Part shown: positions 38,772 through 47,519 of the stretch, piece after piece
Layout: each line of letters starts with the position of its first letter
How positions within the stretch are numbered: the stretch's first letter is position 1
NCBI GenBank assembly: GCA_021787845.1
Contig: JAJYLH010000002.1
Coordinates: 217,073-281,072, forward strand
DNA: 64,000 bases
Direction of reading: 5' to 3'
DNA from: Myxococcales bacterium
GTDB taxonomy: Bacteria; Myxococcota; Myxococcia; Myxococcales; JAJYLH01
Position numbers and translations under genes: made by a program
The notes under the pieces: model-generated
Database searches by the model: none
What the model was told of the DNA's origin: nothing
What the model saw: only the letters and a program-made list of their open reading frames with translations

Positions 38772-40258
38772 AGCCCGGGTTTGTCACAGATGCCGTTGGG
38801 GAAGGGCTGATCCCCCGCTCCCAAAAGCGAGGCCACGCAGATCTCGCCGCTGGGGCAGCCGGGGGAGCCGCCCTGGAGCTCCGCGTTGGTGAGGCAGGCG
38901 GTGTTGGTCGGATCGCACGGGTTCTGGCACTGCGCGTAGCACCGGGAGGGACCGATGGGGTTGTAGTTCGAATCGACTGGGGTGAGGCACATCGAGCCCT
39001 TGGCGCAAGAGTCGCTGACTTCCTTGCAGCCGTCGTAGCTCGACCCGTTCGAGTTCTGGTCGCAGTTCTGGGAATCCACCGCCTGGCCGCCGGCGGGGTA
39101 GCACATGTTGGTGGTCGGGCTCGCCGGCATGCAGGTGTAGTGCACGATGGGGTTGTTCGGTCCCGCCGGGTTGTTGCGGTCCAGGGGAGCGTCCGGGCAG
39201 TTCTGCGAGGCGATGCTGCAGTTGTCGGCCGGGGCGCAGGCGCCGCAGGCGCCGTTCGGATCGTCGCCGGGCCGGGTGCAGGTTTCGACGCTCGAGTCCT
39301 GGGCGCAGTAGGCAGGAACGCTGCCGGTCCCCTGTTGCTCGTTCGAGCAGACCTGGGCGTAGTCGCCGTATTTCGTGCCGCCGGGGTAACAACCGGGGCG
39401 GCACTTCATCGGCAGGGTCCCGCAGGTGCCGGGGAAGCAGCCCTGGTTGACGGGACACGGATGGTCGCAGTCGCAGTCGGCGCCGTTGCCGACCATCGGG
39501 TTGCAGGTGCCGTCGTTGACGCAGCAGCGCTGCGCGTTCGGGCAGTCCGCGTCGGAGCCGCATATCACGTTGATTTCCCGGGTGGCGCTCGCGGTGGCGC
39601 CGTTCTTGTCCTGCACGTGCGCGGTCAGGATGTGGTCGCCTATTCCCAGGTTGGACCAGTTGATGCTTTGCGACACCGTCAGGGCCGGGGGGTTGAGCCA
39701 CCCGGCGACGGTGGAGTTGTTCGGGGGCGTGTTCGTTGCGGTCACCTGGACCTTGGCGATCGGGACCAGGCTCGTCACCTGCAAGGTCAAGGGGCCCGTC
39801 CCGTGGACGGTCGCCACCGGTTTCGGCTGGGTCTGGGTCAGCGCCGGCTGCACGAACTCGACCTTGAGGCCGGAGAGAACGACCTTCACCACGGCCGGCA
39901 CCTGGTCGTCGTAGTCGTCGATCGCGGTCGCCGTCAAGGTCAGCGCGTCGTTCTGCTCCTGGGAGACGTAGGAGGAGAGCGGGAAGTCCTGGCCGCAGTC
40001 GATCTCGGTGACGTCGGACCCCGGCGGGCACAGTTTCAGCGCCACCGTGCCGACCTTCAGCGAAAGCGACTTCAAGCCGATGCTGGAGGTCGCCTTGGCG
40101 GTGAAGTGGATGGTCGCGGCGGCCGGCGTGCCGTCCTTCGGCGTCAGGATGACGACCTGCGTGTCGCGGACACGGTTGACGCCGTTGGTGCCGCAGTTGC
40201 ACCCGCCGACGGCGACCGAAGCGAAGACCCCGAGCACGAAGAGCCGTCCGATACGCAT
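38768..40258 (-). CDS. Cys-rich secreted lipoprotein (496 aa) with N-terminal Ig-like domains and a Cys-rich C-terminal region
   Basis: MRIGRLFVLGVFASVAVGGCNCG. The C-terminal half contains more than 40 Cys in CxxC and CxC arrangements. Confidence 0.6.
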   Translation of the reverse strand: MRIGRLFVLGVFASVAVGGCNCGTNGVNRVRDTQVVILTPKDGTPAAATIHFTAKATSSIGLKSLSLKVGTVALKLCPPGSDVTEIDCGQDFPLSSYVSQEQNDALTLTATAIDDYDDQVPAVVKVVLSGLKVEFVQPALTQTQPKPVATVHGTGPLTLQVTSLVPIAKVQVTATNTPPNNSTVAGWLNPPALTVSQSINWSNLGIGDHILTAHVQDKNGATASATREINVICGSDADCPNAQRCCVNDGTCNPMVGNGADCDCDHPCPVNQGCFPGTCGTLPMKCRPGCYPGGTKYGDYAQVCSNEQQGTGSVPAYCAQDSSVETCTRPGDDPNGACGACAPADNCSIASQNCPDAPLDRNNPAGPNNPIVHYTCMPASPTTNMCYPAGGQAVDSQNCDQNSNGSSYDGCKEVSDSCAKGSMCLTPVDSNYNPIGPSRCYAQCQNPCDPTNTACLTNAELQGGSPGCPSGEICVASLLGAGDQPFPNGICDKPGL

Positions 40259-40445
40259 CTCGACCTCGTCAGCGAAAAACCGCGCGAGCCTACCCCTCGC
40301 GTGGCGCGCAGTGTACCGGCATTCGATGCGTCAAGCGATCGGTCGATCGTCGGTGTGGCGCCCGTCCCCACCTTGTCCGCCGAGTCGCGCGCATGTTAGG
40401 CGACACCGGACACGCGAGGCACGTCGCAGGATAAGAGCTCAAACG

Positions 40446-41936
40446 ATGACGCCCCCCAGAACCGCCATCATCGGCGCCGGCCCCGCGGGGCTGACCGCCG
40501 CCTACCTGCTGGGCAAGCGGGGGGCAGAGGCGGTGGTGCTCGAGGCGGACCCGCGGCACGTCGGCGGCATCGCCCGCACCGAGGAGCTCGACGGCTTCCG
40601 CTTCGACATCGGCGGGCACCGCTTCTTCTCGAAGTCGAAGGAAGTCGAGGAGCTGTGGACGGAAATCCTCGGCCCCGAGATGCTCGTCAGGCCGCGGTCG
40701 AGCCGCATCTACTACGACGGCAAGTTCTTCTCCTATCCGCTCCAGGGGCTGGAAGCGCTGCGCAAGCTGGGGCCCGTCGAGGCCGCGCGCTGCCTCGCCT
40801 CCTACGCCAAGGCGAAAGCGTTTCCGGTCGCCGACCCGCAAAACGTCGAGGGCTGGGTGGTCAACCAGTTCGGCCGCCGGCTCTACGAGATTTTCTTCAA
40901 GACGTACACGGAGAAGGTGTGGGGGATGCCCTGCGCCGAAATCTCCGCCGACTTCGCCGCCCAGCGCATCAAGGGGCTGTCGTTCACCTCGGCCGTCAAG
41001 AACGCGCTCTTCCCCCAGAAGCCGAAGGAACGCGGCGAGGTGATCAAGACCTTGATCGACACCTTCCGCTATCCCCGCCTCGGTCCCGGGCAGCTCTGGG
41101 AAGCGTGCGCGGCCAAGGTGCGCGAGATGGGCGGCGAGGTCCGGATGGGCGCGCGCGTCACCGGCTGCCGCTTCGAGCCGGCGCGGAAGGTCTGGCGCGT
41201 GTCGTTCGCTCGCGCCGACGGATCGACGGGCGAGGTCGAGGCCGACCACGTCATCTCCTCGGCACCGCTCCGGGAGGTCGTCGGCTTCGTCTCCCCCGCG
41301 CTCTCCGACGAAGCCCGCGCCGCCGCCGGCGCGTTGCGCTACCGCGACTTCCTCTCGGTGGTGCTGATGCGCCAGGGACCGGACCTCTTCACGGACAACT
41401 GGATCTACATCCACGACCCGGGCGTCCAGGTCGGCCGCATCCAGAACTTCAAGCAGTGGTCGCCCGACCTCGTGCCCGAGCCGAGCTGGAGCTGCTACGG
41501 CCTCGAGTATTTCTGCTTCGAAGGCGATGGGCTCTGGAGCGCTCCCGACGAGCAGCTCGTCGACCTGGCCCGGCGGGAGATGGAGCGGATCGGCCTCTGC
41601 CCCGCGCGGGAGATCTCCCGCGGCCACGTCGTGCGCCAACCGAAAGCGTACCCGGTCTACGACCAGGGCTACCAGCAGAACGTCGCCTGCGTCGCCCAAG
41701 AGCTCGCAAGGAAGCTCCCCACCCTCCACGTCGTCGGCCGCAACGGGATGCACAAGTACAACAACCAGGACCACTCGATGATGACCGCGATGCTCTCGGT
41801 CGAGAATATCCTGGCGGGCGAGAAGCGGTACGACGTGTGGCGGGTGAACCAGGACGCCGAGTACCACGAGGCCGGCGAGGCGGGGCAGGTCTCCGGGGCG
41901 AGCGGGCTGCGCCTGGTTCCCGGCCGGGCCGCCTGA
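40446..41936 (+). CDS. FAD/NAD(P)-binding oxidoreductase (amine-oxidase / UDP-galactopyranose-mutase-like)
   Basis: MTPPRTAIIGAGPAGLTAAYLL has the dinucleotide-binding GxGxxG motif. 496 aa. Confidence 0.8.
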   Translation: MTPPRTAIIGAGPAGLTAAYLLGKRGAEAVVLEADPRHVGGIARTEELDGFRFDIGGHRFFSKSKEVEELWTEILGPEMLVRPRSSRIYYDGKFFSYPLQGLEALRKLGPVEAARCLASYAKAKAFPVADPQNVEGWVVNQFGRRLYEIFFKTYTEKVWGMPCAEISADFAAQRIKGLSFTSAVKNALFPQKPKERGEVIKTLIDTFRYPRLGPGQLWEACAAKVREMGGEVRMGARVTGCRFEPARKVWRVSFARADGSTGEVEADHVISSAPLREVVGFVSPALSDEARAAAGALRYRDFLSVVLMRQGPDLFTDNWIYIHDPGVQVGRIQNFKQWSPDLVPEPSWSCYGLEYFCFEGDGLWSAPDEQLVDLARREMERIGLCPAREISRGHVVRQPKAYPVYDQGYQQNVACVAQELARKLPTLHVVGRNGMHKYNNQDHSMMTAMLSVENILAGEKRYDVWRVNQDAEYHEAGEAGQVSGASGLRLVPGRAA

Positions 41937-42096
41937 CCGCTCCACCCGCTGGCGTTCGCGCGAATCCAGCGGGCGATTCGTGAGAACGCCGTTCTCCTCT
42001 TCTCCGGCCCCGGAATGCGCTATGGTGCCGGCGCACCCAGGGTCCAGGGGAGCTCGGCGAAGGGTCGAGCGAGTCGGACGGAGAAGTCGAAGGTCC

Positions 42097-42435
42097 ATGC
42101 TGACGAGGCGGCAGGACGAGCTCTTCTCGCACGCGGCGAGGCTGGCCCTCCGGGGCGCCTACGCGGCTCGCGACGGCGAGAAGCCCAGCTCGCTCAGGCC
42201 ACTCATCGAGTCGTGGGCGGAAATCGAGGCGATGGCCCGAACGGTCCCCTACACCGCCCGGCCGGTCGCCTGGAAAATCTTCACCAGCGCGAGCGCGCGT
42301 AAGCCTTTGATCCTCAACGGCCGGGCCGACAACCAGGCCCTGCGCGAGTTCGGCCAGGAATGCGTGCTGCTCTTCAAGATCGGCCGCGGCGACGACCCCC
42401 GCCAGTACCCGCTGGAGTTCGGCGACTACTACTGA
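42097..42435 (+). CDS. Hypothetical protein (112 aa)
   Basis: Internal Met of ORF 41980..42435. Codon bias is weakly consistent with coding. No motif. Confidence 0.3.
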   Translation: MLTRRQDELFSHAARLALRGAYAARDGEKPSSLRPLIESWAEIEAMARTVPYTARPVAWKIFTSASARKPLILNGRADNQALREFGQECVLLFKIGRGDDPRQYPLEFGDYY

Positions 42436-42527
42436 GCGGCGGCGGTTCATCTCAGCGGAAGCCCTGCGGGTAGGCTCGAACCCCGCTGGTCGGCGTTCTG
42501 GCGGCGCACCACGTCCCGTCTCAGCCA

Positions 42528-42568
42528 TCCGACCGATCGGTCGGATCCGACTGATCGGTCCGATCGTC
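42528..42568. repeat. Intergenic palindromic GACCGATCGGTC-type repeat cluster (copy 2)
   Basis: atccgaccgatcggtcggatccgactgatcggtccgatcgtcc, between the gene ending at 42435 and the doxX end at 42607. Confidence 0.6.
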
Positions 42569-42606
42569 CAGGCATCGCAGTGCGGGGCCAGTGTCGGCCG
42601 GTGGCG

Positions 42607-43068
42607 CTAGCCGAGGAACCACTTCGGCCGTCGAGCGCGGATGGCGCCGTCGAACCCCAGCGCGCGGCCGCCGGCGGTGGCGAGCACGGCCAGCGCGATC
42701 AGCACCACGAAGACGTCGATCGCCTGGCGCGACGCGAGGAAGTAGGCCGCGCCCAACACGATCGCCAGGAGCGCTCCCGCTCTCGCCCCGACCCCGAAGA
42801 GGAGGCTCAAGCCCGCCACCGCCTCCCCGGCGACGACGAGGCGCGCGAACGCCACCGCGTGCGGGAGCACGAGCGCGTGCAGCTCCCGGTCGAAGAAGGA
42901 GAACGTCTTTCCGGACGTCCGCCATTCGCCGAGCTGCGTGACGAGCGCCGGCCCAGCGAAACCGCTCCTGAGCTTCAGCACCGCTCCCAAGAGGAACAGC
43001 GCGCCCAGGGCCAGGCGCAGGAGCCCCACCCACGCGAGCGACGCCCGCTCTTCGATGCCCAGGGCCAT
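42607..43068 (-). CDS. DoxX-family membrane protein
   Basis: 153 aa with four predicted TM helices (LRLALGALFLLGAVLKL and others), typical of DoxX. Last gene of the sigma, anti-sigma, DoxX operon. Confidence 0.65.
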   Translation of the reverse strand: MALGIEERASLAWVGLLRLALGALFLLGAVLKLRSGFAGPALVTQLGEWRTSGKTFSFFDRELHALVLPHAVAFARLVVAGEAVAGLSLLFGVGARAGALLAIVLGAAYFLASRQAIDVFVVLIALAVLATAGGRALGFDGAIRARRPKWFLG

Positions 43069-43074
43069 CGCCGC

Positions 43075-43311
43075 TCAACCTTTGGAGATCTTGTCCTCGA
43101 GAAAGGCATGGAGCCTCGCGCCCATCTCCTCGGGCATCGACCGCGCGAGGTGCTGGCGCGCGACGCGGCTCGTCGCCTTGTAGGTGCGCACGAAGGTGAC
43201 GCAAGGGGCGCAATAGGACAGGTGGTCCTCGAGCTCGCGCCGCCGCTCCTCGGAGAGCAGGCCGTCGACGTAGTCGCCCAACAGCGAGACGCACTCCTGG
43301 CAATACATCAT
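43075..43311 (-). CDS. Zinc-finger (zf-HC2, ChrR/RsrA-like) anti-sigma factor
   Basis: 78 aa. CQEC...H...C..C motif in MMYCQECVSLLGDYVDGLLSEERRRELEDHLSYCAPC. Lies immediately downstream of the ECF sigma gene. Confidence 0.7.
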   Translation of the reverse strand: MMYCQECVSLLGDYVDGLLSEERRRELEDHLSYCAPCVTFVRTYKATSRVARQHLARSMPEEMGARLHAFLEDKISKG

Positions 43312-43366
43312 GCGACCGACTCCCGCCCGACCGCGCGCGCCACTCGTGCTCCCACCGCCGCCCCTC

Positions 43367-43996
43367 TCAGGCCGCGAAGTACTCGCCGAGCTTCTCGCGC
43401 AGCACCAGCCGCGCCCGGTGCAGGCGGCTCTTGACCGCCGGCACGCTCAAACCCAAGGCCGAACCGATTTCCTCGTTGGACAACCCGTCCACGTCCTTCA
43501 GAAGGAAAACGACGCGGTAGTCGTCCGGAAGATTCGCGACCGCCGTTTCCAGCGCTCGGCCGAGCTGCTGGTTCTGCAGCGCATCGTCGGCTCGCAGACT
43601 CCAATCGCTCTTCGGCGGGTCGACGTAGCCGCCCTCGATGTTGAAGCGCAGGCCGAGGGTCAGCTCGGCCGCTTCCTCCGAGGTCGCCGCGGGCAGCTCG
43701 GGGGTCCTTCGCCGGCGCCTAAGGCGCATCAGCGCGAAGTTCGCGGCGATGCGGTAGATCCAGCTCGAGAACGCGGCGTCGCCCCGGAAGTCCGGGAGCT
43801 TCTGGTAGGCGTTCAAGAACGCCTCCTGGAGAATCTCCTCGGCGTCCGACTCGTTGCCCATCATCCGCAAGGCGAGCCGATAGATCTGCCGCTGATGGCG
43901 CTCGACCAGGGTGGTGAACGCATGGCGGTCGCCCAGGCGCGAGCGCTCGACGAGCTCTCGATCGGTCGGCTGGGACGCGGCGGGCACGGTCTCCAT
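43367..43996 (-). CDS. ECF-type RNA polymerase sigma factor (sigma-70 family, group 4)
   Basis: Region 2 FTTLVERHQRQIYRLALRMMGNESDAEEILQEAFLNAYQKL and region 4 LPDDYRVVFLLKDVDGLSNEEIGSALGLSVPAVKSRLHRAR. Confidence 0.85.
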   Translation of the reverse strand: METVPAASQPTDRELVERSRLGDRHAFTTLVERHQRQIYRLALRMMGNESDAEEILQEAFLNAYQKLPDFRGDAAFSSWIYRIAANFALMRLRRRRRTPELPAATSEEAAELTLGLRFNIEGGYVDPPKSDWSLRADDALQNQQLGRALETAVANLPDDYRVVFLLKDVDGLSNEEIGSALGLSVPAVKSRLHRARLVLREKLGEYFAA

Positions 43997-44097
43997 CGCA
44001 AGGAGCGCACTCTAGCCGACGTTCGTCGAGCGCGCCAAGAGCGGCCAGGCCGAGGAACGAGGAAGAAGGCCCGACCCGGGTCACCCCGTCCGCCCGC

Positions 44098-44138
44098 GCC
44101 CGATCGGACCGGTCGGTCGGATCGGACTGATCGGTCGG
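44098..44138. repeat. Intergenic palindromic GACCGATCGGTC-type repeat cluster (copy 3)
   Basis: cccgatcggaccggtcggtcggatcggactgatcggtcgg, in the divergent region between the ECF sigma gene and encA. Confidence 0.6.
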
Positions 44139-44293
44139 CTCCGCCCAGCCAGAGCGTCCGGGGCCGGGCGCCGCTGGAATACCTGCTGCGCTGCCGTCTG
44201 CCTGGAGCCCAGCCGGCCAGTTGATGCCAGCGGCGGGAAACACCAGCTTGCCCCAAGGTCGGCGGGAACATCCGTCCGCCGCGGGGTCGCTCG

Positions 44294-45142
44294 ATGCTCC
44301 AGTTCCTCGGCCACGAAGAGAACCCGTTGCGCCCCGACGAATGGGCGCGACTGACCGACACCGTCATCGAGGTGGCTAGGCGCACCCTGGTGTGCCGGCG
44401 GTTCATCGACCTCTACGGGCCGCTCGGCGCCGGCGTGCAGACCGTCGCCTATGACGAGTTCCAGGGCGTCGCGCCGGGCGCGGTGGACATCGTCGGCGAG
44501 GAGGACACCGCCAAGGTCTTCAGCGACCAGCGCACTTTCAAGACCATCCCGATTCTCTACAAGGACTTCCTGCTCCACTGGCGCGACCTCGAAGCGGCGC
44601 GGGCGCACGCCATGCCGCTCGACGTCTCGGCGGCGGCCGGCGCGGCGGCCTTCTGCTCTCAACGCGAGGACGAGCTGATTCTCCACGGGCACCAGAAGCT
44701 CGGCCACGAGGGGCTGATGAACGCGACCGGCCGCGCGACCATCCCGCTGAGGGACTGGAGCGCTCCCGGTAACGGGTACCAGAACGTGGTCGAGGCGACC
44801 GAACGGCTCCTCGCGAACGGCCACTACGGACCTTACGCGGTGGTGACGAGCCCCCGCCTCTACGCCGCGCTCCATCGCGTGTTCGAGAAGACCGGCGTGC
44901 TCGAGGTGGAGACCATCCGCCAGCTCGCGCCCGAGGGCGTCTTCCAGTCGAACCTCCTGGGGGGCGAGAGCGCTGTCGTGGTGTCCACCGGCCGGGAGAA
45001 CCTCGACCTCGCCGTCGCGATGGACCTGTCGGTCGCCTACCTCGGCGCCCAGCGGATGAACCATCCGTTCCGAGTGCTCGAGTGCCTGCTCTTGCGCGTC
45101 AAGCACCCCGACGCCATCTGCACCATCGAGAGGCCGGGCTAA
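44294..45142 (+). CDS. encA: Family 1 encapsulin nanocompartment shell protein
   Basis: 282 aa. MLQFLGHEENPLRPDEWARLTDTVIEVARRTLVCRRFIDLYGPLGAGVQTV...PLDVSAAAGAAAFC...AVVTSPRLYAALHRV...GVLEVETIRQLAPEGVFQSN...RMNHPFRVLECLLLRVKHPDAICT aligns along its whole length with M. xanthus EncA. Confidence 0.9.
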   Translation: MLQFLGHEENPLRPDEWARLTDTVIEVARRTLVCRRFIDLYGPLGAGVQTVAYDEFQGVAPGAVDIVGEEDTAKVFSDQRTFKTIPILYKDFLLHWRDLEAARAHAMPLDVSAAAGAAAFCSQREDELILHGHQKLGHEGLMNATGRATIPLRDWSAPGNGYQNVVEATERLLANGHYGPYAVVTSPRLYAALHRVFEKTGVLEVETIRQLAPEGVFQSNLLGGESAVVVSTGRENLDLAVAMDLSVAYLGAQRMNHPFRVLECLLLRVKHPDAICTIERPG

Positions 45143-45275
45143 CCCCCGAGCAAAGACCCGGCTTCCCGACATCCCGCCGGCGCGAGATCTTCGGTCCCGA
45201 GGCGCGATGAGACGCGCTGGCGATCCGGCGCCGGCTTCTCGACGCCGTCGGCCGTGCTCCGCTAGTCTTGGCGCC

Positions 45276-46241
45276 ATGGCCAGGTGGCTCGAGCTGTCCG
45301 CCGACTATCGCTGCAACAACCGGTGCCAGGGCTGCTTCTCCGTCGACGACGCCGGCCCCTCGATGACCACCGCCGAGGCCATCGAGACCCTGCGCTTCCA
45401 CCGCGAGCGGGGCGCCGAGTGGCTCTGGCTCGGCGGCGGCGAGCCCACCCTGCGCCGCGACCTCTTCGCCCTCGTCGGCGCCGCCCGCGACCTCGGCTTC
45501 TCCCGTGTGCGCCTCCAGACCAACGGGATGCTCCTCGCCTATCCCCAGTTCGCCCGCCGCTGTTTCGAGGCCGGCGTGAGCGAAATCTCCTTCGGCCTGA
45601 GGAGCGCCACCGCCCAGACCCACGACCGGCTCACCCGGACTCCCGGCTCCTTCGACCTCCTCGTCCGGGGCATCGCCGAGTGGAAGAAGCTCGGCCGCCC
45701 GATGGAGGGCGACGTCCTGCTCTATCGCTCGAACTTGCCCGAGCTGCCCGAAATCGTCCGGACCTTTCATGACCTGGGCCTGGCGCGCTTCAGCCTCTGG
45801 CTCTTCTCGACCACCGACACTTCCGACGCCTCCCTCGACGCCGAGGTCCCCCGCATCCAGGACGCGATGGCCGAAATCGCGCGGACGATGGCCTTGCGAA
45901 TCGACGACGACGCCACCCGGTTCATCACCTCGCTCCACACGCCCCCCTGCACCGTTCCCGAGGAGTGCAAGAACGCCATCTTCTTCCCCGCCGAGCTCGA
46001 CCTCGTCGTCGCCAACACCGGCGGCCACCACTTCCGTCTCGAAACCTCTCCCATCGAAGGCGGCCACTACACCCCTCGCTGCGCCGCCTGCGCGATGCGC
46101 CCCCGCTGCAACGGCGCCCGCCGCGACTACGTCCGCATCCATGGCGATGCCGAGCTCCAGCCCCTCCCGAAGCCCCGCGCGCCCGAGCTCGACGGGGCGG
46201 GGGCTCCCTTTTTCGCGCGAGATCGTGGTCCGGCAGTTTAG
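45276..46241 (+). CDS. Radical SAM protein with a C-terminal Cys-rich SPASM/twitch-like region
   Basis: CNNRCQGC is a CxxxCxxC radical SAM cluster motif near the N-terminus. A GGGEPTL glycine-rich SAM motif follows. C-terminal auxiliary-cluster cysteines are CTVPEEC...CAAC...C. The start could alternatively be the upstream in-frame ATG at 45207. Confidence 0.8.
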   Translation: MARWLELSADYRCNNRCQGCFSVDDAGPSMTTAEAIETLRFHRERGAEWLWLGGGEPTLRRDLFALVGAARDLGFSRVRLQTNGMLLAYPQFARRCFEAGVSEISFGLRSATAQTHDRLTRTPGSFDLLVRGIAEWKKLGRPMEGDVLLYRSNLPELPEIVRTFHDLGLARFSLWLFSTTDTSDASLDAEVPRIQDAMAEIARTMALRIDDDATRFITSLHTPPCTVPEECKNAIFFPAELDLVVANTGGHHFRLETSPIEGGHYTPRCAACAMRPRCNGARRDYVRIHGDAELQPLPKPRAPELDGAGAPFFARDRGPAV

Positions 46242-46318
46242 TACATGTTCGCGCGATTGCGGGCCGCAACATGCAGTATAGTGCGACCCGCGAATTCCGC
46301 CTCGAAAAAGGGGACCCC
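46201..46318 (+). promoter_or_regulatory. Conserved roughly 120-nt terminator-plus-promoter-like module (copy 1): GGGGGCTCCCTTTTTCG, then GCAGTTTAGTACATGTT, then CATGCAGTATAGTGC, then GAAAAAGG
   Basis: Shares ordered motifs and spacing with the second copy at 51429..51545. It begins inside the last codons of the radical SAM gene and ends about 100 nt upstream of psuG. It contains a TATAGT -10-like hexamer and an imperfect inverted repeat TAGTACATG...CATGCAGTA. Confidence 0.45.
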
Positions 46319-46422
46319 GGACGGATGGGCGTGAGCCCGCGGCTCGGCCGGCGCCCGGTGCGAGGCGGATGGAAACGAGGGCCGTCTCGGCTGGTCGCGA
46401 TGAAACGGCGCTTGGGGAGCGG

Positions 46423-47376
46423 ATGCCGCTGAGAGTTCGGGAAGAGGTGCGGGAAGCGCTCGCCGAGCGGCGGGCGGTGGTCGCGCTGGAGACCTCGGTC
46501 GTCGCGCAGGGGCTGCCGCCCGGTCCCAACCTCGAGGCGGCGCGCGCCTGCGAGGCGGCGGCGCGATCGGCGGGAGCGGTGCCGGCGACCGTGGCGGTGA
46601 TCGACGGAGAGATCGTGGTCGGCCTCGAGCCGGCCGAGTTGGAGCGGCTCGCCGAGAAGAACCCGGCGCACTTGAAGATCGGCTCGCGCGACCTGGCGGT
46701 GGCGGTCTGCGAGCGCAAGACCGGCGGCACCACCGTCAGCGCGACCTGCGAAATCGCCGCGCGGGCGGGGATCAGGTTCTTCGCGACGGGCGGCATCGGT
46801 GGCGTGCACCGGGGCCTCGCCGAGCGGCTGGACGTCTCGCAGGACCTGTGGGCGCTCTCGCGCTTTCCGGTCGCGGTCGTCTGCGCGGGGGCGAAGAGCG
46901 TTCTCGATCTGGAGGCGACCCTGGAGCTCCTGGAGTCGCTCGCCGTGCCGGTGATCGGCATCGGTACCGGGGAGCTGCCCTCGTTCTACTCGGCGCGCTC
47001 GGGGCTCCAGCTCGACCACTCGGTGCCGGGCGCGGTGGAGGCCGCGCGGGTGTGCCAGACGCGATTCGCGCTCGGGCAAGGGGGCCTGGTCCTCGCCCTC
47101 CCGCCGCCGAGCGAGAGCGCTCTCGGTTTCCGTGAAGTCGAGGCGTGGCTGGCGACGGCGCTCGACGAGGCGCGGCGAGCGAGCGTCGTCGGCAAGGCGG
47201 TGACGCCGTTTCTCCTCGCGCGCCTCGGCGAGAAGAGCGGGGGCCGAACGCTGCGGGCGAACGTGGCGTTGCTCGAGCACAACGCGCGTTTCGCGGCCGA
47301 GGTGGCGGTGGCGAGCGCGACGATGGATGGCGACGTGGCCGAGGTACCGGCTCGGGGGGAAGCTCCTCGCCCCTGA
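46423..47376 (+). CDS. psuG: Pseudouridine-5'-phosphate glycosidase
   Basis: MPLRVREEVREALAERRAVVALETSVVAQGLP...FFATGGIGGVHRG...VVCAGAKSVLD is the typical PsuG/IndA-like sequence. 317 aa. Confidence 0.85.
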   Translation: MPLRVREEVREALAERRAVVALETSVVAQGLPPGPNLEAARACEAAARSAGAVPATVAVIDGEIVVGLEPAELERLAEKNPAHLKIGSRDLAVAVCERKTGGTTVSATCEIAARAGIRFFATGGIGGVHRGLAERLDVSQDLWALSRFPVAVVCAGAKSVLDLEATLELLESLAVPVIGIGTGELPSFYSARSGLQLDHSVPGAVEAARVCQTRFALGQGGLVLALPPPSESALGFREVEAWLATALDEARRASVVGKAVTPFLLARLGEKSGGRTLRANVALLEHNARFAAEVAVASATMDGDVAEVPARGEAPRP

Positions 47377-47416
47377 GGACCGGCGAGTTGGTTTGGCTCA
47401 GCCAGGAAAGCCGCCG

Positions 47417-47468
47417 TCGATCAGACCGATCGGTCGGATCGGTCGGATCGGTCCGATCGGTCCGCTCC
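47417..47468. repeat. Intergenic palindromic GACCGATCGGTC-type repeat cluster (copy 4, longest)
   Basis: tcgatcagaccgatcggtcggatcggtcggatcggtccgatcggtccgctcc, between the convergent psuG and EF-G-like genes. Confidence 0.6.
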
Positions 47469-47519
47469 GAAGGCGAGCCCGCACCTGAGGCCCGAGCGGG
47501 CTGCCCTCCGGGAGCGCTT

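Noticed and set aside
41940-41970. Inverted repeat CCGCTGG-N13-CCAGCGG after the oxidoreductase gene as an intrinsic terminator
   Set aside because: Plausible hairpin, but no downstream T-run, so it was not annotated as a terminator.
45276-46241. Radical SAM protein as AmmeMemoRadiSam AmrS or as an encapsulin cargo with a targeting peptide
   Set aside because: The C-terminus (ELDGAGAPFFARDRGPAV) has no family-1 targeting-peptide motif. The Cys-rich SPASM-like C-terminus does not match my recollection of AmrS, and the Memo gene is not adjacent. Both ideas are left as open questions only.
45099-47280. Minus-strand ORFs 45099..46961 and 45925..47280
   Set aside because: Antisense to the radical SAM gene and psuG. 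Their YCMLRPAIARTCTKL segment is just the reverse translation of the repeated intergenic module.
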